A stretch of DNA of 64,000 nt from Marsupella aquatica (lineage: Eukaryota; Plantae; Marchantiophyta), in NCBI GenBank assembly GCA_973895155.1, contig OZ316896.1:12938549-13002548 (forward strand). Reading direction: 5' to 3'. Made by a program: the position numbers and the translations under genes. The notes under the pieces are model-generated. The model was not told the DNA's origin and did not search any database. It saw nothing but the letters and a program-made list of their open reading frames with translations. Of this stretch, positions 14,690 to 26,863 are shown piece after piece. The stretch's first letter is position 1. The number at the start of each line of letters is the position of its first letter.

Positions 14690-15560
14690 TCACCATTCTA
14701 GCATCAACACAGATTGAGTTGAGGTTGTAAGGCTGTGGTGTAAACTCAATGTTGTCTCATTATGCTCCGACAGAATTCCTAGTGACTTCAAGCAAAGCAC
14801 ATCAAGCCCTTGTGGCAGTTTCAGCCCCTTTTCAAATCCTGAATAGATCAACTGCGAGACAACATTCAACTCACCGTACATTCATGCCTTCATAACAGTC
14901 CTCTCACCCCCAATTTGGCTACATTGTGTATAGCTCAATTGGGTCCTAGACAACTGAGCTTTGTTCCGTACCATGGTTAAATGGGGGAAGGACATTGATA
15001 GACGTGTAAGAGAGAGTGCGCTGCAGATGGATGAGCTTACTTTCTTGGGGGAGCTCAACTCCTGTCACTGGGAATGGTATGCCCTACTCCCAGTATTTGC
15101 ACCATGGAACTCCATTCATATTTTAAAATAACCTGCTGTGGCACTCTTGGTGGGTAGCTTCAAGATGTAGTTTGTGGCTGCAGTTGTGATCCAGGTAACC
15201 TCACTGGCCTCAAGTTTGTGATGCAAGGGCTGGACATGTTTGGTTTGTAACATCCCATCAGGTAACTATCATTTGATGCCTATCTATGCTGCCTGTCGAG
15301 CTTGACCTCATGACCTACCTCTTGCTAGGGAGGTTTCCCCACCTTGGACTGCTTAGGGAATATGTTCCCAGTGAGCAAATAAATAAATATTTTTTTCCTG
15401 ACATGACAATAGGGTGAGAAGCCTGGTTTTCACCACTAAGTTCAGAAAAAATAGATGGATGGATAGAGACAATTGAGACTATTTCTGTCCATCTCACCAC
15501 TAGGTCAAATACAATAGATTGATAAGGAGACTACTTTGTGTCCCAAATACTTTCATTGTG
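14690..15560 (-). mobile_element. Degenerate Ty3/Gypsy integrase C-terminal remnant
   Basis: Frameshifted fragments resembling FGT...S..F....DGQ..VN, GK.P, AY...ELP and HVS; purine-rich tract on the minus strand near 14615-14630; boundaries approximate. Confidence 0.4.
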
Positions 15561-17321
15561 TCACATATCCAAAGGCAGAGTGACCCCACATGGAACCTGT
15601 GTAGAGCCAGGATATTAATTAAAGTTCAATTAGTTTGAGGACCCGTTGGTTAAATAAGTTTGATGTTAATCAACAAGTTGGAGCAATGAAGAGTTTCATA
15701 TTGGAATATGTTAGAGTATGAAGATGAGAGGACAAAAAGAGTAGATATTCATGGTAACAGTCCAAACGTTCCCTTGGTATTCCTATGCTCATACACCCCA
15801 TATGACATTCTACACAGTCCATGCAAAATGTTAAAGTAGCCAAGGGGTTTCTTGCGTTCCCTTGGTACTCCTATGGTAATCAAAAGGCTTCTTACATTCC
15901 CTTGGTATTCCTCTATCCATAGTAGCCAAAAAGTTTCTTACATTATCATAAAAGCTGAAGAGTTTCATTCTTTCATGGTTATTTCAAAAGTTTGCCAATC
16001 AAATAGTAAAATTCAAAAATTTAACCAGAAAAACACTGATATATCAATCGCAATCCATCCAAAGGTTATTTTCTTTTACCTCTGTTTACCCATGTCTTTG
16101 TTTATCAGAAGTATTATTTTCAAATTTTCATTGTTTTTACAGTTACGGGGTTAAACTGTATTTCTTTGCCTTACCTCAAACACAAATAGTCACGTTTGGT
16201 TCTCCTTGGATAACTAACTGTTATTGTTTGTGACCAATAGTGCTGATGCGGCTGCAGTGCTTCCATTGATTTTGGAAGGAGCTTCCCATGGGGTTCCGTC
16301 ATAAAATTTGCTAAGGGGTGGTGCACTTTATTGAAAACTGTATGTAGTGAGAAAGGAGAGCTCTAGGATAGCATGATAAAAAACATTTAGAGGGTTGCCA
16401 GAATAATTTAGAATCTAAATCATACAAGTGATGCACCTTGTGATGGTACATTAAAATAAAAATATATAACAAAAAATCTGAGTAAGACAAAATACTGAAA
16501 GATGGATTGACCACCACACTACAAAGGTGCACAAGATGCTTTCATTGACACAAGTTTAATGGAGAGGACAAGACATTGAGCATGTAGGTAGGGCAAGAGG
16601 TCTGCTTAATTAGGGTGGAGGTTTCCGAGCCTCAATTTATTTCTTTACGTGCCTGAACTGCATGACTGTGTTCCAGTTATGGAGTCATGCTGATACCTAG
16701 AAGTACTTAAACCCTCTCTGCATTTATTGGGTAGTGCAAACTTGGACTTAGACAGGGTAGATTGTCTATCATGGTACTAAAGAATCAAAAGACAAGGTCC
16801 CCAAGGCAGGAAACCCAATACAGAGGATAAACCAAGGGAGCTACCAAAGAGCCAAAACGCCTGGGAGTCCCCAACAACTGCAAGAAAACCAAAGCCTAGT
16901 GAACAACAAACTGATTGAAAAGTGTGGTAAAGCTCCAAAAGAGGTCTTGAGAGGACAAACACCAAACCCAAATGAAACCCCAAGAAAAGAAAAAGGAAAA
17001 CACAGAGATAAAGATCTATTATTTGATTAGTGTGATAACTAATGATACCCATTTAGTACAATACTGTGAAAGCTAATGGTCTACATCTAGTCTAGTAATT
17101 AAGTTTGCAAGTGAAACAATGATCTCCTCTAATTAGTGGGCAAGCATCTGCTCATAGAGGAGGTAGTTTTCAAGGTTTTAAAAGGTTCCAGGGTGACTAG
17201 CCAATGTTACCTTGTGTCAAGGAGGAGAAGCTAGGAATAATCATCACCTAGTCAAATTTTCCTTGGATATATTTTAAAATCTCCAAGATCCAAAATATCT
17301 GGCTCATTTCTGTTATACAAG

Positions 17322-18364
17322 GCCAAGGTTTCTGACATAGTGGAATTTGGTAGATTTCTGCAAAAAAAATGTTGGAGGAGCAGTGGCTAAAATTTGAGAG
17401 GGCGGTCAAACCTGGTAAACAGTGGACAAAACAATATGCAAGTAGTAGCAAAGAAGTGTTTCCAAATGAAATCCAATGTAATTTCATGTCAGAAACTTGT
17501 ATTTCTGAATTGTGATCAGCCATGTAGTCACTTATAGACTGAATGCACTTAATAAATTGCTGGTTTAGTCAGGGTCTAGATGCAAAGTTGCATTTTTTGG
17601 TCCATTAAACTCTAATGTGAGAGGTAGTCATTACCGGGCTGCACTTGGCCACAGAATGTAGGTATTGAGCCTGCACTTAAAAATCTGTTTGTCCTCCAAA
17701 TCGGCCACGTCAATCTCAATTTGCCTCGCAAATCCAGCCTCCATGCCTCCAAAGCCTCCTAGTCCATTGGCAATGCCATCTTGAGACTGCACCATGCCCT
17801 CTCCATTGGACTCTGCGGCTTGGTTTGGTTGAATCGATGTGCTTCAGGCTAGGCACTGTGTTCAATGTCAAATTGAATGAGCTTTGTGTTCAGTGTTGTT
17901 TGACTGATCCCCAAGAAATTTTTGCAACCAAACCTGTTTGAACGAGACAGCGCAAACCAAGTTTGAACTCAAGTTGTTGCTATTTGGCAACCCCTATGGT
18001 GTGGGAGTTCGTTAGTTTGGGTAGGAGAGGCTTGTTCAGGCCTGCACTCGGGCCCTTTAATTTTCCTGGTTTTAGTCCCCTCCCCCTAAACCCACGGAGA
18101 TCCGTGGTGGCCTGCACCTAGACATGATGTGCTGTATATACCTCGCTTTTATTCAATCGTGCTTTGTTTGACCGATTAAATAAAGTAAAAAGGTCATCTG
18201 TCGGTATGCTCTGTCTCAGTGGAAATTACACTCGAACCTGCCATCGCCTCGAGCTCCCTCCCACCTCCTCACCGAAGCTCTCCAAGAAGTTTCGCTACGA
18301 TCATCCTTCCATTCCGCAATAATTATACTGGGCTACCGGACCGAGTTCACCAAACCTGGTGAGA
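17322..18364 (+). repeat. Segmental duplication block A (direct copy at 53527-54540)
   Basis: Colinear high similarity from gccaaggtttctgacatagtgg to ccgagttcaccaaacctggtgaga. Confidence 0.95.
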
Positions 18365-18387
18365 TTTTGTTTGACCGATTCTTCGTC

Positions 18388-21300
18388 CACATAAATTTCG
18401 GTGGGGCCCTAAAGTCTCTCTCTAAAGGCTTCACTCTACAAGCCTAGAAGCCAATTCTAGTTTATCATGGCAATTCAATAGTAAGATTTTTCTTCGCCTA
18501 CAAAACATTAGCTGAGATGCCTCCACTTTTACTGATTACTTCCCCTTGCATTTAACCTCCAAGGTAGACGTAAGCTCACATGGGACCCATGAAAATGTAT
18601 ATATTTTAGTTAGGATGACTGGACTTAGTAAACTTGCTTGCCTTTCTTCAAGCAACATTTAGAGAGTTCAAGAATTGGGTGGAGGAAACGTTTGAACTTT
18701 AGGTTGTCAATTAAAAAAAAATTATTGAATTTTTCATTTAACCACACATGTGATGCTCTTTAGGCTTTAAACAATTCTTGCGTGTAGGCACTAGGCTATC
18801 TTCTGCCAATTCTAGTGAATGAGAGAGAGAATTGATACTTTGGGAGGTGGCACCTCTTGCTTTAAGTGCTCTTTGTACTTTTATTTGCTAAGCTTATGTT
18901 TTTTATTGTCATTACCTAAGGCAAGGGAGGATGTTATGTAAGTTATTTGCACAAATTTTGATCGATCTTAAGTGTCATTAGAGCAAATGAGAATATGTAC
19001 CTTATGTGCACAACTTTTCAAGATTTGTGCAATTGTACTTTTAGTCATTATGTGAAATGTACTTTTATTTGGCATATGCTCTACATCTTCCACTCGGACA
19101 AAAAAATGAAGCATGTTGGAGGATGAACATGCTATAATGAGTTAAGTTAGTGTGGAAGGTCAAATCCATACAAAAGAAGAATTGTACAGACACATAGTCT
19201 ATATAGGAGGATTTGCATATTGAGTTGTGATCAACCATTGAAGTACATTAGTGTACTCCCCATCTATCTGCTGTTTTGTGATGAGGAGTTGCAGATTGAA
19301 TTGTGATCAACCATTGAGTTATGCTAATGTAATCCCCATCTATGTGCTATTTGTGATGAGCAGTTGTAGATTAATTTTTTTGTAATCAACCATTGAGTCG
19401 CAATCTTGTTAGTGTAGTCCCCATACTTGTGTTATTTGTGATGAGGAGTTGTGGATAGAATTGTGATCAACCATTGAGTTACATTAGTGTAGTTCCCATG
19501 TCTGTGCTATTCATGATTATGATTTTCATGGAGATCTTGCCATGTGTGATGAGCTTTGCTATTGACAATTTTATCATTGTATAAGTACTCCGTATTCTTA
19601 AGGTCAACCAATTGTGGGCCAAAATTTAGAATAACAAAGGAATTTTATTTTGCATCTATATCGATGCCCCAATTAAGAAAGGAGAAAAGCTCAACTGAGG
19701 TTCTAGGAAATTAATGCACTGCAACATGTGTCGCATCTTTTGGACTACTACTATGCTTCTACTCAATTTCTTCCTTCTTGGGAGCAGTTAAAAACAAAAC
19801 AATATTGGTACGTTTATAAACTAAAACAGCGCAGGCTGGGAGCTCCAAAAGCCAAAGAAACACATGACATCTACACATTTGCTTACGATCTCGCTGAACA
19901 AAACTAGGATTTTTTTAAATAAGCAACAAAGTATACGGCAAAATAAACATGACCTTCTTTGCTCCAGAGGACAATAAACTCCCTTGGCACATGTGCAATC
20001 TCACGCCCTGGACACCCAAGACTGCACAAAAGGAGGTGTCCGCAAACACGAGCCGCAGTCTACTTTTTGCATAAGGGTTAGCATTGGTTCCCTTGGTGCT
20101 ATTGTCACTATTTTGTCACCAAAACATCCAAGAAACCCCCCGGCATGTAGCTCAGCTGCTGCCTTCCTGAATGTAAAGGCACTTTTTCAAACCAAACAAA
20201 TCTAGTACACCACACACACACAAATGAATTCCAATCCTGATCAGCCCGCACTAAGTTTCTCTGTCGAGGAAACGGTCATTCCACACCTAGGAACAGCAGG
20301 TGGGCGCAATGCTCAGACTTGATCAGTACCATGCTGAAATGTACCGCTGCTTCCTATTGCCAACAATTATTCGTTTGTCAGTTGAGTGACTCTGTGAGGC
20401 CTGAGCACATTTTCTGCTTTGGGAGATCTCAAACTTTGGGACAAACTGTACCATTAGGGTTTTCAGTTTGAGGTTGCCTGCAACACCCACCCACAGATTA
20501 ACTCAACATCATTGAATTTTCAACTTGAGTCAATTTTCTGAAGGGTGCCAACTATGTTTGAAGGGCACCAATGCATCTGCGCAGACTAAATTTTGGTGCG
20601 GTCACTGGTGCACTGACATCTTATTTTACACTCGCGACCCAGCCTTAGCATTCTGTAGAAGTTAGAGAGGCCCAGCCTCAGCATTCTGTGGAAGTTAGAG
20701 AGGCCCCACTGGGTCTCTTGTCTTTGTGATCCATTCTCTCCCGGTTTGGGTGCTTTTTGTTGGAAGTATGAATATATCTTATAATTCGTTGGGTGCTTTA
20801 GTTGTTTGACACTGTGATATATAGAATCAGGGGTAGCCCAATGGAAGGATTTCTCGCTCGGACGGTCGGGGAGGGCTGGCTAGATCAAGACAGTGTGATT
20901 TATATATAATTCACTTCATTACTCTAACATGGAATTGGGGTAGCCCAATGGAAGGGTTTCTTGCTCGGATGGTCGGGGAGGTCTCACGTGATCAAGACCG
21001 CACTGTTCTACTTACGCAACAACGATGAGAAGTCTTCCGTCCCCAGAGAAGGTACTTAAATGCAATTTGGCCAGGATTACAATTCTCAATTGCATTAGTC
21101 TCGCCCGATCACTAACGTTTTCATACTCGACTAAAGTCTGCCTGCCAGTGTGATGCTTGGCTGTGTCCAGGTGGAAACCCAACTAAGACATATCGCTTGT
21201 AGGAATTCGCTTTATGATGTGCTTGCCATCACGTCCACACTTCTTCGAAATTGAAACTGTATTGTACTAAAACTGGTAGGCACACTCTACTCATGCAACG

Positions 21301-24300
21301 TGACTTGTACTCAATCAAAGTGGGTCTGCTCCTACTTATCTGGAAAATAGATATGAACGACGGAGACAAAATCACTCAATTCTATTGAGAAGCAACTATC
21401 TCAGCAGCAAAATTGAAACTTCTGAGAATGAGCTGAAAACGTCACAGCTCTGATTGAGGTTAGTAACAAGCATTACATGTGGTTGCCTTTTTGCAAGGAA
21501 ACTGTGCTTCACAATCGTTATGGGCCGGGTTAAACTGGAGAGAATTGTGGAATTCGTTCGCAACATTGTTGAATTCTCCCCACCAACAGGAGTTGGACAA
21601 ACTTCTAGCGCTCTCCACTGATTGTGAAAATACTGCAACAGTATTAATTTAACTGAGTACAAAAACAAGCTCACCAAGATTGTAGCGTAGAACTTACGCA
21701 ATTGTGTTTTAGGTAATATCCATTTTATTCTACGTCACCAGGTTTGTGAACATTAAATAGAGCTCTATTGTACATACGTCCTATTAGGTTAATGTATTCC
21801 AAAATGCGAGCTGGAATTCATTTAGAAGCCTTACGAAACAGGCTTAGATTTGGCAGTCATGATCTTGATTGGCCGGCTTACCTCATTCATGAACGGTCTG
21901 CAGAATTATTGTACAAATCAGTCGAGTGAGATGGGGACCCTTCAGTGAGCAAATCTCGGCATTTAAAATTTCATGATGCATGAAATCATTTGAGCTCCAA
22001 TCAGCAGATCCTTCTGTCCAATACTCTCAACAGATTCTGGATATTTTGCTATCCAAACAACCTTATTTGCAGTGACATTTTCAAGTGGGCACTCATTTGA
22101 GCTCCTCGGTTTTGAGAGTAGCAATCCTACTTTGACCTTTGCGAGTTAATAAAGTTTGCAAACGTCTGATGCTTTGGAGTTCTCTATTTCGACAGCAACT
22201 ATTTCTCGACTGAATACCAACGTGTTTGGCTGCAAAACAATTCACCAACACAGTGACTAGCTGCAGCAGAAGTCGATTGTGGCCAATTACAAAGGATCGG
22301 CCTGAAAGGGCACTACCGTCTTCTAGCTCCGCAACGAATAAGCAACAAAGCTTCTCCGCATGCATCAAAGGCAGCATTTAGTGCATAATTCGCACGAAGG
22401 GGGAAAAGCCCCTAAGAGTGAACAGAAACAAGCTTCTGACAAGAATCGGATAGGTGAGGATGGAGTGCATGAAGAGACAGTGAAGAAGCAAGCAGCCACA
22501 GTGCCCTACCTAGAGTAGTACGCGACCTACTGCAGAACGCAGATCTCACTATCCCTTTGTTGAATCTGTTTACATCAGTGGTACCAGTTCTGCTCACCTT
22601 CGACGCCCATACCTTGAAGGCAGTGAGGGCCCTCGTTCCATCAAGCATACATCATCAACTTAGACATGAATGTCAATAATGGGGAATCGTCTTGGGAGAG
22701 ACTAAAACCCACGCAACTTGTTTGGTATTCAGTCGAGTAATGGTCTCTTGCTTCTCTGAGGTACTCATTTTGTTAACATGTACAGAGTACGAAACAATTG
22801 CCCGTCAATGTCGATGCACAATAAGAAGTGGCTACTGAAGGATGAACACTGAGTTGGCTTGATAAACGGGCACGTTTGTAGGGCTGGTTCCACACGACCA
22901 CCACTATTCCTTTTGATAGTGTGTTTCTCTCTTGTGTTTCTCTCTTCGTATTTGGAAGACATTACACCATGCTCAAGCCTGAGTGTAGATCTCCAGGCTT
23001 GCCCCCAGTTACTATACTAGTTATCTACAATTATATATCGCACTATTATAGAGATAGATTCTAATTGTTTTTTAATGTTTCTTCTAGTCATTGGGTTTCA
23101 CAGTTGCCATCTTCTTTGGCGATCAGTATGTACTCTCGATGCCTTTTACTTTAATGCCGTTTCTGGAAAATTGGTACTTTTGTTTCACTTTTATCAGCCA
23201 AGGAAGAATGATAAAGAAACTTTTGGGAGATGGGTCGCTTGGGTGCCATAATCTTGTTACTGGGTGTTATCTACCTTCTCACAAAATACCGTTAGTGCTA
23301 TACAAATGGGAGTTATCTAGCTGCTCACATAACACCGCTCAAATGCTGTAAACGTTCAGGAGTGTGGGCGTCTTCTGGGAGAGGTAGAGTTGTCGTAAGA
23401 ATAGTGCCTCCAGACATGAACAATGTGAAAAGTGTCCCGAATGATTGTAGTTTTTGCTTTTAGTCTCAGCTTTACCTGAAAAGTGGTGGCTAGTAGGATT
23501 TCTAAGACTGCAGGGATCTATGGGAACACTTATTTAGTGTAATGACGTAGATCTGGCTAAGAAAACCAATACTGTCAAACAAAGAGCACTTTGGGATAAT
23601 TTTTGAGTTGGAAGGTTTGGATGGAAATCCCATCCTAATGACTCTTTAAAAGCGTAGTAAATGGTTAAAGTTTTTTTTAACAGGTTCAGTGCTCTGTATT
23701 GACGAGCTCATAAGACAACAAAGCACGGATGGCCGTTGACTGTCAGTCTGGCACCTAAAATGTTATCGTTTACAGAACTGACGGAAATGTGACCTTTAAG
23801 GCCATTGGAACTGCTTACTGCATGAACTCTTTCGTTGTCTATTCTAGTTCTAGTCATACCTTGGTTAGCCATATTTGATAAGGGAAAGTTATTTGAACTT
23901 TCCTCAAGACTTTTGCAAGTGGCCATTAAAAAGTTTTCCCAGCCAACAAGCTCTTTCAGTCTGCGTTTTCCAATATTTCTGCTGCACCTAGCCAAAACAT
24001 GTGTCCGCTGCCTATTTCAACAGGATAGATGTTTTCCGGGCATTTTGCCTCAAGCCTATTTCAACGGGATAGATGTTTTCCGGGCATTTTGCCTCAAATA
24101 AAGTTTTTCAGGCTAAAGTATTTTAATTACTCCCCATTTTTTGAAACAGCTTGCATACTTTACACCCCACCATTTTTCAAGCAGCACATTTTAAGCTGGA
24201 CCCCAATTTGTTTTTAAATCATACGTGTTTGTGCAAACCTAATTACTACATTTCCCCGAACATCCCACCTGCAAATCCCTACGTTCCTGTTTCTTTATCC

Positions 24301-25720
24301 ATCCACATTGTCTACAACTGAATTGCATTGCCACTATTTACTTTCAGGATTGCTTACAAGGCCACTTCAGTTCAGCATGCTCTACAGGACCAGTTCAGCG
24401 TAGAGGTTCTTTTCAAATTCAGTGCGGTCAGCATTGGACTCGACTGAAATCAACAAATGTCCAAAGGGTCCAATCCTCGACTAGCTTGATGGAAGGACAT
24501 TAACCAGGAATAAATGTTGCTCATTCTGCCCTACGTAGCTTTTCTTGATAGCTTGTTGGGAACAAGTAGTATGCATGGTGACAACACGGCCCCACAGAAT
24601 TGGAGAAAATGCAGAATGTTGTCAAGATGAATTTGGTCATGAGCTGCTTCAATTGCTCAGGAAGAAAAGAACGTGCGCATGGACGAAACAGGGGTGGACT
24701 GACATGTCACTCATTCACTGAATGAGTGAATGAATCCATCCTCGAGAAGAAAGGAAGTGTTATCAATCTGTCGAGGTGAAGCCAGACAATTTGGATCAGT
24801 ACATTGAGTGAGACAGAAATTGCGTCTCAGTATATTGAGTGACGCTATTGATATGAACATTTTTTTATGCTGGGAGTGTCCTCTCAATTTTAAGTAAAGC
24901 CAAAGTGGACCCGTCATATGATATTGGTATGAGCAGTTGTGATGATTTCGGAAAGAAAAATCTTGGAAATCAATTGATAGCCGCGACTACTTGTTCGTTC
25001 AAGGCTTGAGTAGAGACACGACAACAAAATAGTAACCAAATATTTTTACTATTTCCTTCCTTTAAATATTAATGGAATGGATAAAAAACAATGATTCATG
25101 TCATACATAATATACCATCATGTTCTATGCAAGGCCCCTATCCAAGGCCCTAGAGTCATGGTCTAGAGGTGACTCTAGCTTCCCCTTTATAAGTAAGATT
25201 GCTCGGAAGGGTTGTGATGACATCTGAGAGCAAAATCTTGGAGGTGACAGCTCAATTGTTGTCCTGCATGTATGTTGGAAGTGGAATTGGAAGTGGAAGC
25301 TCACTTGTTGTACTCTCGTTCTGATAAGCCCCACTCAATGGTCCACCAAATGTAGCAGCCCAACGTTACAAAACCTCAGTGGACAATATGGCGTTCCAGT
25401 ACAGCAACTCATTTTGTAAAGCACCTTGGAAGCTTTCGTGAATACCTATTTTGTCAAACAAGTGCGTGGTGAATTGAGAATCCTGTCTAGGAGATTGTCT
25501 TTCTTACTTCGTGCTAGCTGGAAGTTTCGAATCGGCCGTTGTTAAGCTTCGTCGTATGATAGTATCGTGAGGAGTAATCTTCTCTATGCTATCTCGTACT
25601 TAATTGTCTCGAATTGTTTCGCTCTCAGCCTAGAACTACTTCTATGATAGTATCGTGAGGAGTAATCTTCTCTATGCTATCTCGTACTTAATTGTCTCGA
25701 ATTGTTTCGCTCTCAGCCTA
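18388..25720 (+). repeat. Segmental duplication block B (direct copy at 57451-64000)
   Basis: Colinear from cacataaa..tggggccctaaagtctc to gaattgtttcgctctcagcct; the same spurious ORFs recur (22093/60475, 23708/62081, 25125/63510); indels include 20178-21355 present only here. Confidence 0.96.
21500..24700 (+). pseudogene. Possible heavily decayed plant LRR (RLP/RLK ectodomain) gene, duplicated in 59700-63050
   Basis: Scattered LRR-like fragments in mixed frames, e.g. QQELDKLLAL (~21585) and PTELEKMQNVVKMNL (~24591); no intact ORF. Confidence 0.35.
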
Positions 25721-25852
25721 AAACTTCTTCTATCCGATTTTGCAAACGTCAGAGAGATTGAGGACCCCGGTTTAGTTGTGCACTGAGCGCGAAGGCCGAC
25801 GATCCTCCCTACAGCCGCTTGCTTTAACGTCCTCAATATTGAAATGTTTACA

Positions 25853-26863
25853 TTACAGAGTTATAACCACTTTCTTTGCAGACATTGTCTTCTGAGCCTC
25901 GAGACCGTCCTGTATAGACTGGAGGCCCTTCCCGACTACAACAGCTTCAGGAGCGGGCACAAATTTGCCCTCAGCGAGAGCCTTTGGCAGGTAATCCTCA
26001 AAGAGAGCCTTGCCGAGCTCGTTGTCCACAATGCCCCAGATCCACTTCGTTTTAACGGCGCCAGGCAGGTCCTCCGGAGCAGTCTGGGCCGTAGAGATAA
26101 ATTTGTGGCCTTGGGACTGGCTCAAGACTTCCGCGCAGACCTCCACTACTCCATCAATGGTGATGCAATCCAGCACGCCAGCGACCGTTTTGCCCTTTAA
26201 TGCCTCAACTAGCTCCTGGACGATAGTTTTGCTCTTGTAATCGAAGACCTGGCTGGCGCCGAGCTTTTTGACGTAGTCGAAGTTCTTCGGGGACGCAGTG
26301 GTGATGACCTCGTAGCCGGATGCAACGCCGAGCTGAATGCCGTTGCTGCCGACGCTTGACGCCCCTCCCCAGACGAGGAGGACCTGGCCTGTTGGCTTTG
26401 GACTCACGGACGGGTTCTGAAGCCCAAGGTAGTCTTTCTTATACAGACCGACTGCTGCAGTCGACAAGCCCAAGGGAAGGACCGCGGCAGCCTCGAAGGA
26501 GATGGTGCTGGGAATTGGCGATGACATGTAGTCATCTACCACGGTGTACTCCTGGAAAGCGCTTTGGGAGGCACGCTGGGACCCAAAGCCATTTCCGTTA
26601 CCAAGCACGCGGTCGCCGACTCGATATCTGGTGACACAGCTGCCGACCTCGAAGACCTCACCAGCGACATCTGTACCGATGATGGTTGGGTAATTAGTGG
26701 GCTTAAATGGTAGCTCTTGCAGCTTGCAGTCGACAGGATTGATGGCCACCGCGGCGTTCTTGACAACAATCTCATGCTCACCTGGAGGGGTGTAAGGAGC
26801 GGGCCTGACCTGGAGTGGCTTTACCTTTTCCCCGACAAGCCATGCAGCCGTGTTGGATGGCAT
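25853..26863 (-). CDS. Intronless MDR-family NADPH-dependent enoyl-reductase-like / CipB-like dehydrogenase, copy 1 (336 aa)
   Basis: NTAAWL..V.PAPYTPPG.HEIVVKNAAVAINPVD, GTDVAGEV, FEAAAVLPLGLSTAA, LVWGGASSVG, VITTASPKNFDYVKKLGASQVFDY, SAKKVVITL; open frame with GC-rich codons. Confidence 0.93.
   Translation of the reverse strand: MPSNTAAWLVGEKVKPLQVRPAPYTPPGEHEIVVKNAAVAINPVDCKLQELPFKPTNYPTIIGTDVAGEVFEVGSCVTRYRVGDRVLGNGNGFGSQRASQSAFQEYTVVDDYMSSPIPSTISFEAAAVLPLGLSTAAVGLYKKDYLGLQNPSVSPKPTGQVLLVWGGASSVGSNGIQLGVASGYEVITTASPKNFDYVKKLGASQVFDYKSKTIVQELVEALKGKTVAGVLDCITIDGVVEVCAEVLSQSQGHKFISTAQTAPEDLPGAVKTKWIWGIVDNELGKALFEDYLPKALAEGKFVPAPEAVVVGKGLQSIQDGLEAQKTMSAKKVVITL

Noticed and set aside
22093-22377. 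ORF conserved between duplicate blocks (also 60475-60813)
   Set aside because: Conservation is explained by the recent duplication; no protein-family features
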